Origin: an uncultured Spirochaetota bacterium
GTDB lineage: Bacteria; Spirochaetota; Spirochaetia; SZUA-6; Fen-1364
Reading direction: 5' to 3'
Length of the DNA: 64,000 nucleotides
NCBI GenBank assembly: GCA_963734545.1
Contig: CAVTHO010000004.1
Location: 1 to 64,000 of the forward strand
Positions within the stretch are counted from its first letter, which is position 1, and every line of letters starts with the position of its first letter. Positions 1 through 16,646 of the stretch are shown piece after piece. The notes beneath the pieces are model-generated. The model ran no database searches, was not told the DNA's origin, and saw only the letters and a program-made list of their open reading frames with translations. Position numbers and translations under genes: made by a program.

Positions 1-30
1 TTGACAAAAAGGGCGTCGATGCGATAAGAT
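1..30 (+). promoter_or_regulatory. sigma70-like promoter of the ino1 operon
   Basis: TTGACA (1-6), 18-nt spacer, TAAGAT (25-30), upstream of RBS GGAGGA and GTG at 76. Confidence 0.6.
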
Positions 31-33
31 GTT

Positions 34-47
34 GTTAATCGTTTAAC
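34..47. promoter_or_regulatory. LacI-family-like operator
   Basis: Near-perfect palindrome GTTAATCGTTTAAC with central CG, just downstream of the -10 box. Confidence 0.5.
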
Positions 48-75
48 TTTTCAGATACCTGAAGGGAGGACTGAC

Positions 76-1145
76 GTGGCAAAGGACAGAACGATTCGCG
101 TGGCAGTGGCGGGCATCGGGTGCTGCACCAGCCACCTGGTGCAGGGGATCTACAAGTACTGGGACGTCGTGAACAACGAAAAATGGGTGCCCGGGCTCAT
201 GCACCCCGTGCTTGGCCGGTTTACCGGATACAGGACATCAAGTTCGTCGCGGCGTTCGACATCGACCGGCGGAAGATCGGCACGGACCTGTCCGCAGCCA
301 TCTTCTCCGCTCCGAACAACATGGCGAAGTTCTCAGACGTTCCAAAGCTGGGTGTCACCGTGAAAATGGGGCCGGTTCTTGACGGGGCACCGCCGCACCT
401 CCGGGGCGGCCAGTTCTACGACGTGGCCGACGAGCTGAAGCCATGCGACGTCGTGGCGGAGCTGAAGGCCGCGCGTGCCGAGATCCTCGTGAACTTCATC
501 CCCACCGGCTCTGAGAAAGCGGCAAAGTTCTACGCGGACTGTGCCCTTGCCGCGGGATGCGAGTTCGTCAACTGCATCCGTATCTCGAGCCAGGAGCAGT
601 ACGTTCGCAAGTTCCAGGACGCGCGTCTGCCCATGGTGGGAGACGACATCAAGTCGCAGATCGGCGCGACGATCCTGCACCGGGTCCTTGCCCAACTCCT
701 GGTGGACCGCGGGGTGAAGATCACGCGGACCTCGCAGCTGAATTTCGCGGGGAACGCGGACTTCATCAACCTCGTGAAACGGGGTGAAACAAAGGAGTTC
801 TCCAAGAAGGACTCGGTCCAGAGCCTGATCCCGTATGAAGCAGAGGTCTCGGTGGGATTCGGGTTCATCGGCATGCAGAATGACAACAAGATCTGCCCGG
901 CTGTACTTCGACGGTGAAAACTTTGGCGGAAACCCGGTGCGGCTCTGGGTGGAGTGCTCCATCGAGGATTCGGCGAACACCACCGGGTGCATCATCGACG
1001 CCATCCGCTATGTTCGCGTGGCCCTGAACGGAAGGTTGGTGGACCGCACGCGGTGTCGTCGTACCTGATGAAGCATCCGCCGAAGAAGATGCAGGACACG
1101 GAAGCCAAAGAGAGCTGCGAGCGGTTCATTCGCGGCGAAGACTGA
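76..1145 (+). CDS. ino1: myo-inositol-1-phosphate synthase family protein (frameshifted across 4 ORF fragments)
   Basis: IRVAVAGIGCC..LVQG, AAFDID, GDDIKSQIGATILHR, QLNFAGNADF, DNK, SSYLMKHPP across ORFs 76/120/835/954. Confidence 0.85.
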
Positions 1146-2112
1146 TGACGGGCAACGACGCGGGCAACTGTTCGCTGTCGCCGAGCCGGATATCGTCCTG
1201 GCGGGGCACATCCTGAACGAGAAAGTGGTGTTCCCGACCGGGTCCTGTACCCGCTGCTCGGCAGCCCCGTCGCCTACTGCTCGGTCTGCCTGGCCTGCCT
1301 GGGCGCCAGGGTCGGGATCGTCACCGAAGTCGGGGATGACTTTCCCCCCGCAGCTGATGTCGGTCTTCGAGGAAGTCGAAGTGGATCGGGCGGGGGTTCA
1401 TGTCGGGGGCGTCTGGACCAATGACGAACTGATCTACCAGGCGGATGGAAAAAAGACGCTCCGCTACCTGTTCGAGGGCCCCGTCCATCGGGTTCGCCGA
1501 TTTCCCGCGGGGATACCGGGAGGCGAAGATCATCTACGTGTGCCCCATGGACCGCGAGGTAACCTCGAAGGGATCCGTGAGCTCTCGCTCCTGGGTGGCA
1601 CGATGATGGTAAGCCTCGGGGGGTTCGGCGGAGCGACCTCCGCCGAGCACCCGTTGGTCAAGGACGGTAAGGAGCTTCGGGGCCTCAGCCCGTACTTCCA
1701 GATCGTCAAGGGTTCTATCGAAGATTTCGGACACATCCTGGGCACGCGGCCCCGGAGACGAGGTGGCCCTCGCGGATCAGATCCTGCGCTATGGGTCCCG
1801 CGTGGTCGTCGTCACCCTTGGTGCGCGAGGCGCCTCGCTGCCGGACCAAGGAGGGTGGTGTGCACTACCCGCCGTACCATGGAGAGCAAGGCAGCGTGGT
1901 GGACCAGACGGGGGCAGGCGACTGCTTCTCCGCGGGATTCCTGTTCCACTACGTCAGGACCCAGGACCCATTCTCCGCAACGCTTTTCGGGAACGCTGTG
2001 ACATCGTTTGTGATCGAACGGAACGGGGGCGTGGTGGCCGCCCGTATGCCTCGCAGGGCCGAGGCAGACAGGCGCGCCGAAGTCATGAGAGGCAGGCTCG
2101 CATCAACGGTGA
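1145..2112 (+). CDS. PfkB/ribokinase family carbohydrate kinase (frameshifted; end approximate)
   Basis: ATG overlaps the ino1 stop; VVVVTLGARGA and VVDQTGAGDCFSAGF PfkB signatures in different frames. Confidence 0.8.
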
Positions 2113-2132
2113 ATGCTGGAGGAGGAGAACGT

Positions 2133-3329
2133 ATGGCAGGGCAGGACACGGGGTGGATCGGAGTCGGAGTATCGGCTGCGGCGGCGTCGGCGACGGCGCT
2201 CACTTTCCTTCGCTCGAGGAAATTCCGATGTGCATGTCGTTCGTGGAGCACGCGATTGAGTCCGGTCGCCGCGCGAACCGCGAGCGGTCGAAAGCCAGGT
2301 TTTCCATTCCCGTGCGTCTTCCGTGCGCCGACCTACCCGGAAATGCTGAAGCCCCCAGCGTGCAGCTGGCCATCGTCCGCATCAGCCGAATGTCTTCCAT
2401 CGCGACCATGCCGTCGATGCACTGCAGCGGGAGAAGGCAGCGATCATCGAAAAGCCCTTCCCTGCACCAACCGGGAAGCCTGGGGATGGTGGTCGAGCAG
2501 CGGCGAAAAAGAACAAGCGCCGTGTGATGGTCGGGTGCAACTACCGCTTCTGGGACCAGCACCTCATCGCCAAGGACCTGCTCTCCCGTGGAGTGATCGG
2601 AGAGCTGAAGATGGGCACATCGAAGTCCCACGAGTCCTGGAGCCTGTACCACGAGATGATCTCCTACACGCGCTTCCGGGCGGGAACGGCGGCTACCGGC
2701 ACCGGGGCGTTGTTCGATCTCGGCTCGCACATGGCAGATCTGCTGATCTGGCTCATGGGCAAAAAGCCGAAGCGTGTGTGCGGCATCGCCAAGAACCTCA
2801 CGCGGCCCTCCTCCTATACGACGCTGGATGACTGCGTCTACATACAGATCGAGTTCGAAGGTGGAGCGCACGGCGTGGTTGACCTCAACCGCTTCTCCCC
2901 CGCGGTGACGCAGGGCTGCGAGATCCTGGGCACGGAGGGGACCATCCTCACGAGCTCCGAGGCGCGAACCCGTACCAGTCCGCGCCGCTCGCCGTGTACA
3001 CCAACAAGGACTACAACTGGGAAGACCTGCCCGAGGTGATGCGTGACTACCGGTATCCGCAGGTCTTCTGGGCCCAGGACGACGTGGACCGGCCGCTGAA
3101 GAAGCGCTGGATCCCGATCTACCCGCCGCGGGGCTGGGCGTACAAGAAGATGATCCAGCATTTCGTTGACTGCATCATGAACGGGAAGGAACCGATCATC
3201 GGAAATGAAGATGGCGCCATAACGATGGAAGTCCTGTGCGCCGTGTTCAAATCGATGCGTGATGACGGGTGGGTCGACCTGCCGCTGAAGGAAGAGGTCG
3301 TGCCTCCTGGATACAAGAAGAAGGGGTAA
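2133..3329 (+). CDS. Gfo/Idh/MocA family NAD(P)-dependent oxidoreductase (frameshifted)
   Basis: RBS GGAGGAG then ATG 2133; IGVG..GCG N-terminus, MVGCNYRF, GALFDLGSHMADL. Confidence 0.8.
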
Positions 3330-3355
3330 GGGTACATGCTGATGGAGGCCAGCGC

Positions 3356-4644
3356 ATGACCAGGGCGAACGTAGTAGTTGCTCAATCCGGCGGACCCTCT
3401 ACCGGTGATCAATTCTTCGCTGCAGGGGGTCATCGACGCCGTATTCCAGAGTCCACGCGACTTCGGGCATCTGTATGCCGCCTGGCATGGCGTGGAAGGC
3501 ATACTCAAGGAGGAATTGATAGACCTGGGCGCTCAGGATCGGAACGAGCTGAAGCTGCTCAGGTCCACTCCTTCCGCGGGGGCCATCGGGACCTGTCGGT
3601 ACAAGCTGAAGAAGGAGCAGGAGGAGGACTTCCAGAGGATCATCGAGGTATTCCGGGCGCACGACGTCGGGTACTTCTTCTACATCGGCGGCAACGATTC
3701 AATGGACACTGCCAGCAAGGTCTCCGCGCTCGCCCGGCAGAGCGGGCTGGACCTGGTGGTGGCAGGAAATTCCCAAGACGATCGACAATGACCTGGGAGA
3801 CGAGGAGTTCCGCCTTCTCGATCACACGCCGGGCTACGGAAGCGCGGCCCGCTACTGGAGCTACGTGGTGCAGAACCTGATGGAGGAGAATCGGGCCATG
3901 TCAGGTTCCGAACCGGTGTGCGTCATCCAGACCATGGGACGGACGTCGGGCTTCATCCCGGCAGCGGCAAGGCTTGCCGATCCTCGCAGGGAAAATCCTC
4001 TCCAGATCTACTACGCCGAAGCCGGTCACAACCTGGAGTCCCTGACGGACAACGTCAATGACCAGCTCAAGAAGGACGGCCGCGTCCTGTTGGTCGTCAG
4101 TGAAGGATTCGACGCCGGGAGTCTCGGGGAGCTGCACGACGCTTTCGGTCACATCGAGTACAGCTCGAGCAGGACCACCGTCGCCCAGCAGATCGCTAAC
4201 CACCTGAACGAGAAGGGCATCCGGGCCCGCGGCCTCGCCACCGGCCAGGTGCCGGGAGCGCTGCAGCGGTGCGACTCGCTCTATACGTCCCGGGTCGATA
4301 TCGAGGAGGCCTACCAGGTCGCCCGGAAGGCCGTGAGCATCGCGCTCCGGGAGGGCACCGGATGGATGGCGACCATTCTCAGGCGGCCGGGGGAAAAGTA
4401 CCAAGCATACTACGACAAGGTGCAGCTGGACGTGGTGGCGAACACCGTCCGGCACCTGCCGACTCGTTGGATCGCGGATAACCGGGTCGACGTGACGGAC
4501 GACTTCATCCGCTATGCGCTCCCGCTCGTCGGCAATGGGAATCCCGAAATCAGGATCGAAAAAGGGTTCCAGAGGTTCGCGAGGATCAGGCGGGAGTTCG
4601 TAGCGCGCAGGACGAGGGAATATCGGCCAGTGGGTTTGAGATAG
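3356..4644 (+). CDS. pfp: PfkA family phosphofructokinase, probably pyrophosphate-dependent (frameshifted)
   Basis: VVAQSGGP, GTCRYKL, YIGGNDSMDT (Asp typical of PPi-type), PKTIDND, MGR motifs. Confidence 0.85.
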
Positions 4645-4658
4645 TCAGCGGAGGAACC

Positions 4659-5142
4659 ATGGAGAAGTTGACCGTTGTCGAGCTGACCCCGGAGAGCCTG
4701 CGCGGCTACGGGAGCGTCCTGTCCGTTCGGCCCGGGGACCCCGATGGCCAGCACCGAGGAGATCACGTACTGGGGCAAGGTGGCCGAGCTGGAAATGGGC
4801 GCGCGGGTCTCGACCGGCTACATGCTCTGCAAGCCACGGGAAGCGGTACTGACGCAGCTCGAGCGCCACCTGCGCACGCCGGAAATCCTCGTTGCCTTGC
4901 GCGGGGACTCTCTGGTCTGCATGGCCCAGCCGTCCGCCCCGGGGAGCAGGGGTATCGACGGCCTGCAGGCCTTCCACGTCCGGCAGGGCCAGGCCTTCGC
5001 GATGGCACCAGGGACCTGGCACTGGGCCGCCTTTCCCATCGGGAAGACGGAGGTTGTGTTTCTGGTGGCATTCGCTACGGGCACTGAGGGCGCGGATCTG
5101 GAGTTCACGGACCTCGACGGCCCGCGAGCGGTCCGGCGATAA
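4659..5142 (+). CDS. ureidoglycolate lyase (AllA)-like cupin protein (frameshifted)
   Basis: VELTPESLRGYG, LERH..TPE, PGTWHW motifs. Confidence 0.7.
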
Positions 5143-5200
5143 CCGCACCCGTCGCCGGACTTCAGCTATTGGATCGACATCCGGAAAAGGGGAGGAGAAA

Positions 5201-6359
5201 ATGGCTGGTACAATTCGTGCGGCTGTCCTCGTCGAGCCGGGGAAGCTCGAGCTCCAGGAGTTCTCACGACCTGAACTGCAGGAGGGAGCCCTCCTCGTAA
5301 AGCCCCTCATGAGCGGCATCTGCGGTACTGACAAGCACGGGTACAAAGGAGAAGCCATCCAGTATGCCCGGAACGCCTCGGGAGGTCAACGGCCCCTACC
5401 CAGCGATTCCCGGCCACGAAAATGTCGCTCTGGTAGTCGAGGCCAGGCCCCCGCGCGGCCAACGAGCGGTGGTGGATTTCTACGGCAGCCCGCTCGCGGA
5501 AGGCGACCGTGTTGTCATCAGCCCCGACATCGTGTGCGGCAAGTGCTACTGGTGCCGCCATAGCTTCGGCTACACGTGGTGCGACAACATCCGCAGTTAC
5601 GGGCACCTGGTCTCCACGGAATCCCCACACCTATTCGGCGGCTGGGGCGACCTGATGTATATATATCCCGAGAGCCACTTCTTCAAGCTGCAGAAGGAGA
5701 CGTCCGACCAGATCGCGGTACTCGCGGAGCCGATGGCAGTCAGCTATGCGCTTGACATCGCGAAAGGGCAGAGTTCGCTCCCGAACCAGGGCTTCTCCAG
5801 CGGGGACACTGTGGTCGTCTACGGGGTGGGACCGCTCGGGCTCTGCAACCTGATCAAGGCAAAGCTCCTCGGCGCCGGCTGCATCGTCGCCGTCGACAAG
5901 TCTCTGTACCGTCTCCGCTTCGCCACGGACTACGGCGCCGCGCACATCCTCGACGCGGGGTCAACGACTCCTGCCGAACGGCGTCAATTCGTCCTCGACC
6001 TCACGGGAGGTCGCGGGGCTGACATGGTGGTGGAGTGCGCCGGGGTGCCATCGGCGGTCGTCGAAGGGATCGAGATGCTGCGCCAGGGGGGCACCTTCGT
6101 GGAGGAAGGGCACTTCGTCGATGTCGGCAACATTCAGCTGAACCCCCACCGCCACCTCTGCGCCAAGAACATCCGGCTGATCGGGCAGATGAACCTTGCC
6201 TACACGGGCATCATGCCCAGCATCAACCTGCTGATGGCGAACAGGGACCGCTACGATTTCGACAAGATCGTGACCCACTCATTTCACTTTACGGATTCCC
6301 TCGAGGGCCTGCTGAAGTCGATGAGCCCCGATTGCATGAAGGTGGTCATCCACTCATGA
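5201..6359 (+). CDS. zinc-dependent medium-chain alcohol/polyol dehydrogenase (one frameshift)
   Basis: GICGTD, PGHE, CGKCYWC..C structural Zn site, GVGPLG Rossmann motif. Confidence 0.9.
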
Positions 6360-7124
6360 AGGGCGGAGAGTCGACCAGTCGGCGGAGCGCCTCCAGAACC
6401 CGCGTGACCTCCGCCCCGCGGCCGGCCCTCCCGCTCACCCGCGAGTAAGTCAACTCCTCAACTCCTGGTGCGCCGACCAGAAGTCGATGCCGTCCACTAA
6501 CACGCGCAACTTCTCCTTATCGATTTCTCACCGTGCCTGCCCACTCGTTCGTGGCCGGGGAAGCGATGGTTCTCCGCACGCTATTGCCGCGGGGAGAAGC
6601 CATTGCGGTCCTAATGCACCGCTTTCACGATCCTCCGTTCGCCGTTGCAGAACGGGAACAGCGACGGCTCTAAGACGTTGGCTCCATCACCTCCTCGATG
6701 CTCGATGACGATGAGCAGCCTGTAGATCAGTTTCCTCATGTCCGTCGCCCCCGGGGGGGGACGAACACTCCGCCTCTTTGACCTGTAGCCCGATCATAAT
6801 CGACGCACCAACACCCTAGAGCACGTTGCGCAGATGGTCGGGTTCCATGCCCGGCCACAGCCGCAACAGGTATCGGCGCACCTCCATGAGCTCGATCGGT
6901 GAGCGCCGCTCTTCGGGCTGGACCTCGGGACCTCAGCGCGCCCCGACTTCCACCAGCGCCGCGCCCGTCGCCTTGCGCCCGTTCAACATCGACGCCCAAT
7001 AGCCCGAGGTGCCTTTCTGCGTTGTAGCGCTAATCATGAAGGCTCTTCAGACTCACGACATTGATCACTTCCAAGCTATGTGCGGCAATTGCGAAGACGA
7101 TGAAGAAGCAGGCAAATAAAAAAG

Positions 7125-7237
<113 letters not shown>

Positions 7238-7404
7238 CAATAATCATGCACTCAGAGGAATGGAGAAGAGTCACGGCGTATCTGACGAGACGCCTGCCGC
7301 ACGAATGTCACGGCATACCGTGACCGCGGTGAACGAGTCAGCCGTACGGCCTGCGGCCGCGCGTCTGTCCATCGGCTCGCGCACTTGTGAGAGCGAGGGA
7401 AAAT

Positions 7405-10412
<3,008 letters not shown>

Positions 10413-10590
10413 ATTTTCCCTCGTTCCCTCGCTCAGCGCATCGCCGCACGCCAGGCACTGCGCTCGATTCGCTCCTCGCCGCGGCTTCGCCGTGCTCAGG
10501 CCACACGCTCCACCACGGTCTCTTCACGCTTCGTCTTTCCGGTGCCAACTGGACAGACGCTCGCGTGTTCGTTCTTCTTCCTTCCCTCGA

Positions 10591-10604
10591 GTTGTCAAAG
10601 AACA
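10591..10604 (-). promoter_or_regulatory. boxA-like antitermination element in the ITS
   Basis: TGTTCTTTGACAAC on minus strand; a similar GATCTTTGACAG lies in the 16S leader near 13173-13184. Confidence 0.55.
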
Positions 10605-10665
10605 CGCCACAGCCCGCACGGTCTTGTCGCTGTGCATCTCTGGTTGCGGCGACACGCGCCGCTCG

Positions 10666-10739
<74 letters not shown>

Positions 10740-10795
10740 AGGTGCTGAAGACTCGCGCCGCGACTTCCGGCCGCATCGGCATATTACAGAAAAGG

Positions 10796-10890
10796 GAGGA
10801 GAGTTTGAGAGAGAGCGAGCTATCCGCACTCGCTCTCGCGCGTGCGGCTATATACAGCAAAGGCGAGGAGAGTTTGAGAGAGAGCGAGCT
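10796..10890. repeat. 26-bp direct repeat (x2) in the 16S-tRNA spacer
   Basis: GAGGAGAGTTTGAGAGAGAGCGAGCT at 10796-10821 and 10865-10890. Confidence 0.85.
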
Positions 10891-10923
10891 GCGAGTCGCG
10901 CACCGAAGTGCCACGACTGTACT

Positions 10924-13020
<2,097 letters not shown>

Positions 13021-13285
13021 TAAGGCCTGCCCTTGCGGGCAGGTTTTATACTTCGTTACACGCACTTCCGACGCCTCGCTGACTTTGCGACGCCGTATCA
13101 GTGCGTTTTCGCCCCCGCCGCAGTTACCCGCGCCCGTGACGGACCCGCTCACCTCATTCTCCCCTTCCCTTGACTGTCAAAGATCATCGCGCCGCTGGCT
13201 TTCGCCCTCAGCATCGGCCCCAGAGACGGTACTTCCCCCCTCACTTCGTGAACCGGAGTTGAGTACTACCCTTGAGGCAAAGAGG

Positions 13286-13314
13286 GTTTTATACCTATTT
13301 CAAAAACCTGTCAA
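13286..13314 (-). promoter_or_regulatory. rRNA operon promoter
   Basis: Minus-strand TTGACA followed by an AT-rich TATAAAA -10 region, about 270 nt upstream of 16S. Confidence 0.55.
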
Positions 13315-13404
13315 TAGCCCTGAAGAGTTTTCTCCACGCGGCCATGTCAGCGTGGGGAAACGGTCGGAAATCAGCCAAAAAGGGGCTTCCGCAGGGCCTC
13401 AACC

Positions 13405-13433
13405 TTGACTCCCCCCTGGGGCGTCACTACTAT
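13405..13433 (+). promoter_or_regulatory. sigma70 promoter of ahcY
   Basis: TTGACT-N17-TACTAT. Confidence 0.6.
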
Positions 13434-13450
13434 CTTGGCTGGGAGAACAG

Positions 13451-14710
<1,260 letters not shown>

Positions 14711-14714
<4 letters not shown>

Positions 14715-14950
14715 CCTCATACGTGGTCTGCCGCACATGCGGCACGTACGTGACAGCCGCAACCGCGGTCAACCGCGCCTACTGCTCTGAGGAATGCACA
14801 CGCCTCTATGCGGTGTGCGCCAACTGCGGCAAGGCTTTCCTCCGCGGCAGGGGGTTCGATGAGGAGTACTGCACGCGCGCCTGCACGGTGAAGTACCAGA
14901 TCCTGAGAAAATACGGCCCGCAGCCGGTGACCGTCGTCACGGAGGTATAA
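14711..14950 (+). CDS. 79-aa double zinc-finger protein (TRASH/MYM-like CxxC..CxxxC x2)
   Basis: GTGA overlap with the ahcY stop; CRTC..YCSEEC and CANC..YCTRAC; stop 4 nt before adk. Confidence 0.75.
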
Positions 14951-14954
14951 CGGA

Positions 14955-15589
14955 ATGAAGCTGATCTTCCTCGGACCCCCGGGTGCCGGCAAGGGAACAC
15001 TTGCGGGCCTGGTAAGCAAGGAATACTCCATCCCCCAGATCTCCACGGGAGACATCTTCCGTGATGCCATCAAGCGCGAAACGGAGCTGGGCAAGAAGGT
15101 GAAGGAGATCGTCGGCAGAGGCGACCTTGTGCCGGACGAGCTCACCGTGAGCCTCGTGCGGGAACGGCTTGCCCAGCCCGACGCGCAGAAGGGCTACATC
15201 CTGGACGGGTTTCCCCGCACCATCCCTCAGGCGGAGGCGCTGGGAACGTTCCAGAAACTGGACGCGGTGGTGGACTTCGCCATCGACGACGCCCTGGTCA
15301 TCGAGAGGCTCTCGGGCCGCGAGATCTGCAAGAACTGCGGCGCAATCTACCACGTGAAGAACATGCCCTCGAAGGTGAAAGGCGTCTGCGACAAGTGCGG
15401 CGGCCCGACGTACACCCGGCCCGACGACTCACTGGAATCCATCACAAACCGGCTCGAGGTGTACCGTAAGCAGACCGAGCCCCTGATTGCCTTTATGGAA
15501 AGAAGAAGCTGCTCCGCAAGATCGACTCCTCGAAATCTCCCGAGGACACGCATGTGCAGATCCGCAAGGTGCTGAGCAGAATCGCCTGA
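14955..15589 (+). CDS. adk: adenylate kinase (C-terminal frameshift)
   Basis: GPPGAGKGT, ISTGDIFR, LDGFPRT, Zn lid CKNC..CDKC. Confidence 0.95.
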
Positions 15590-15611
15590 GCCACGCACGG
15601 CGTCCCCCTCG

Positions 15612-16559
15612 CTATTTTTTGGGGGCGGGAGCGGCGGGTGCAGGTGCGGCAGGCGGGGCCTCCGGCAACAGCTTTCGATCCTTCAGTGCCGCTTCGACCT
15701 TGTCCCGTTCAAGCAATGCCGGCGAATCGAGAAGCGCCTTGATGGCCGCCGGATCGTGAAACCCGGCAGCGAGAGCTTTCGATAGGGCATCCAGCCCTCT
15801 CTGCGGGTCCTCGATCACCGTGAGCAGGAGCCGCGTCTCTCCGAACCAGGCATCCGCCTGCTTTGCGTCAAGGGCGATGATCCTGTCGAAAGCCTCCAGC
15901 GCCCGGGAGTACTTCTGCTGCCGCTCCGCGCCCGCGGCGGCCATGTACCATCCATCGACATCGTCGGGTTTCTTTTCCAGATAGCGGGAGACCATTTCCG
16001 CGGATCCCGCGGTGTCGTCCATGGACAGGAGGATCGACGCCGCGGCGAAAAGCGCGTCCGTGTCCTCGGGGGAATTGGCCAGCAGCTTCCGCAGTCGCCC
16101 GAGCGCTTCATCCTTCCTGTCGAGCTTCCAGAGAATGATCCCGCTGTTGTAGAGGGCATCCGGATCCGCAGGCGACATTGTGATCACCGTGTCGTACTGC
16201 TCCAGAGCGTCGCCATCCTTGCCGGCCAGGTGATAGTCCCATCCAAGGGTGGAGAGTATCAGCGTGTTCTGCGGATCACTCAGCAGCAGCCGTTTGAGTA
16301 TGACCGCCGCGTCGTCATAGCGTTTCATTTTCCCGTATGCAAGGGCAAGGTTGAAGTCCGCCTTCACGAGGCTCGCGTCAAGACGGAGCGCGTTTTCGAA
16401 CGCGGCCGCCGCCTTGTCGTACTGGCCGAGATCCGCGTATGCATTGCCGATGTTGTAGTAGTCAGCGGCGACACTGCGGGTGCGCGTATCAGTCACGCAG
16501 CCCGACAAGCCCAGCGCAATCGCGAGGAGCGCAATTGTGAGTTGAAACACCCGCGTCAT
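15612..16559 (-). CDS. TPR-repeat lipoprotein
   Basis: Signal peptide with lipobox LSGC; several TPRs (YYNIGNAY..LGQY, ALYNSGII); Pro/Ala tail. Confidence 0.8.
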   Translation of the reverse strand: MTRVFQLTIALLAIALGLSGCVTDTRTRSVAADYYNIGNAYADLGQYDKAAAAFENALRLDASLVKADFNLALAYGKMKRYDDAAVILKRLLLSDPQNTLILSTLGWDYHLAGKDGDALEQYDTVITMSPADPDALYNSGIILWKLDRKDEALGRLRKLLANSPEDTDALFAAASILLSMDDTAGSAEMVSRYLEKKPDDVDGWYMAAAGAERQQKYSRALEAFDRIIALDAKQADAWFGETRLLLTVIEDPQRGLDALSKALAAGFHDPAAIKALLDSPALLERDKVEAALKDRKLLPEAPPAAPAPAAPAPKK

Positions 16560-16582
16560 GGCCCGACTATAAAACGAAAGCA

Positions 16583-16611
16583 TTGACAAGTCCATGGACG
16601 CGCTATACGAT
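16583..16611 (+). promoter_or_regulatory. sigma70 promoter of the HEAT-cyclase gene
   Basis: TTGACA-N17-TACGAT. Confidence 0.6.
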
Positions 16612-16646
16612 GCGAGTAAGTATCAACACGAGATAATAGATTAGAA

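Noticed and set aside
1791-2831. Apparent PfkB-Gfo/Idh/MocA fusion ORF
   Set aside because: A strong RBS and ATG at 2133 and dense local indels point to two genes joined by a frame error
10823-10835. 13-bp match TCCGCACTCGCTC shared with 19763-19775
   Set aside because: Short, GC-rich and without extended similarity; could be chance
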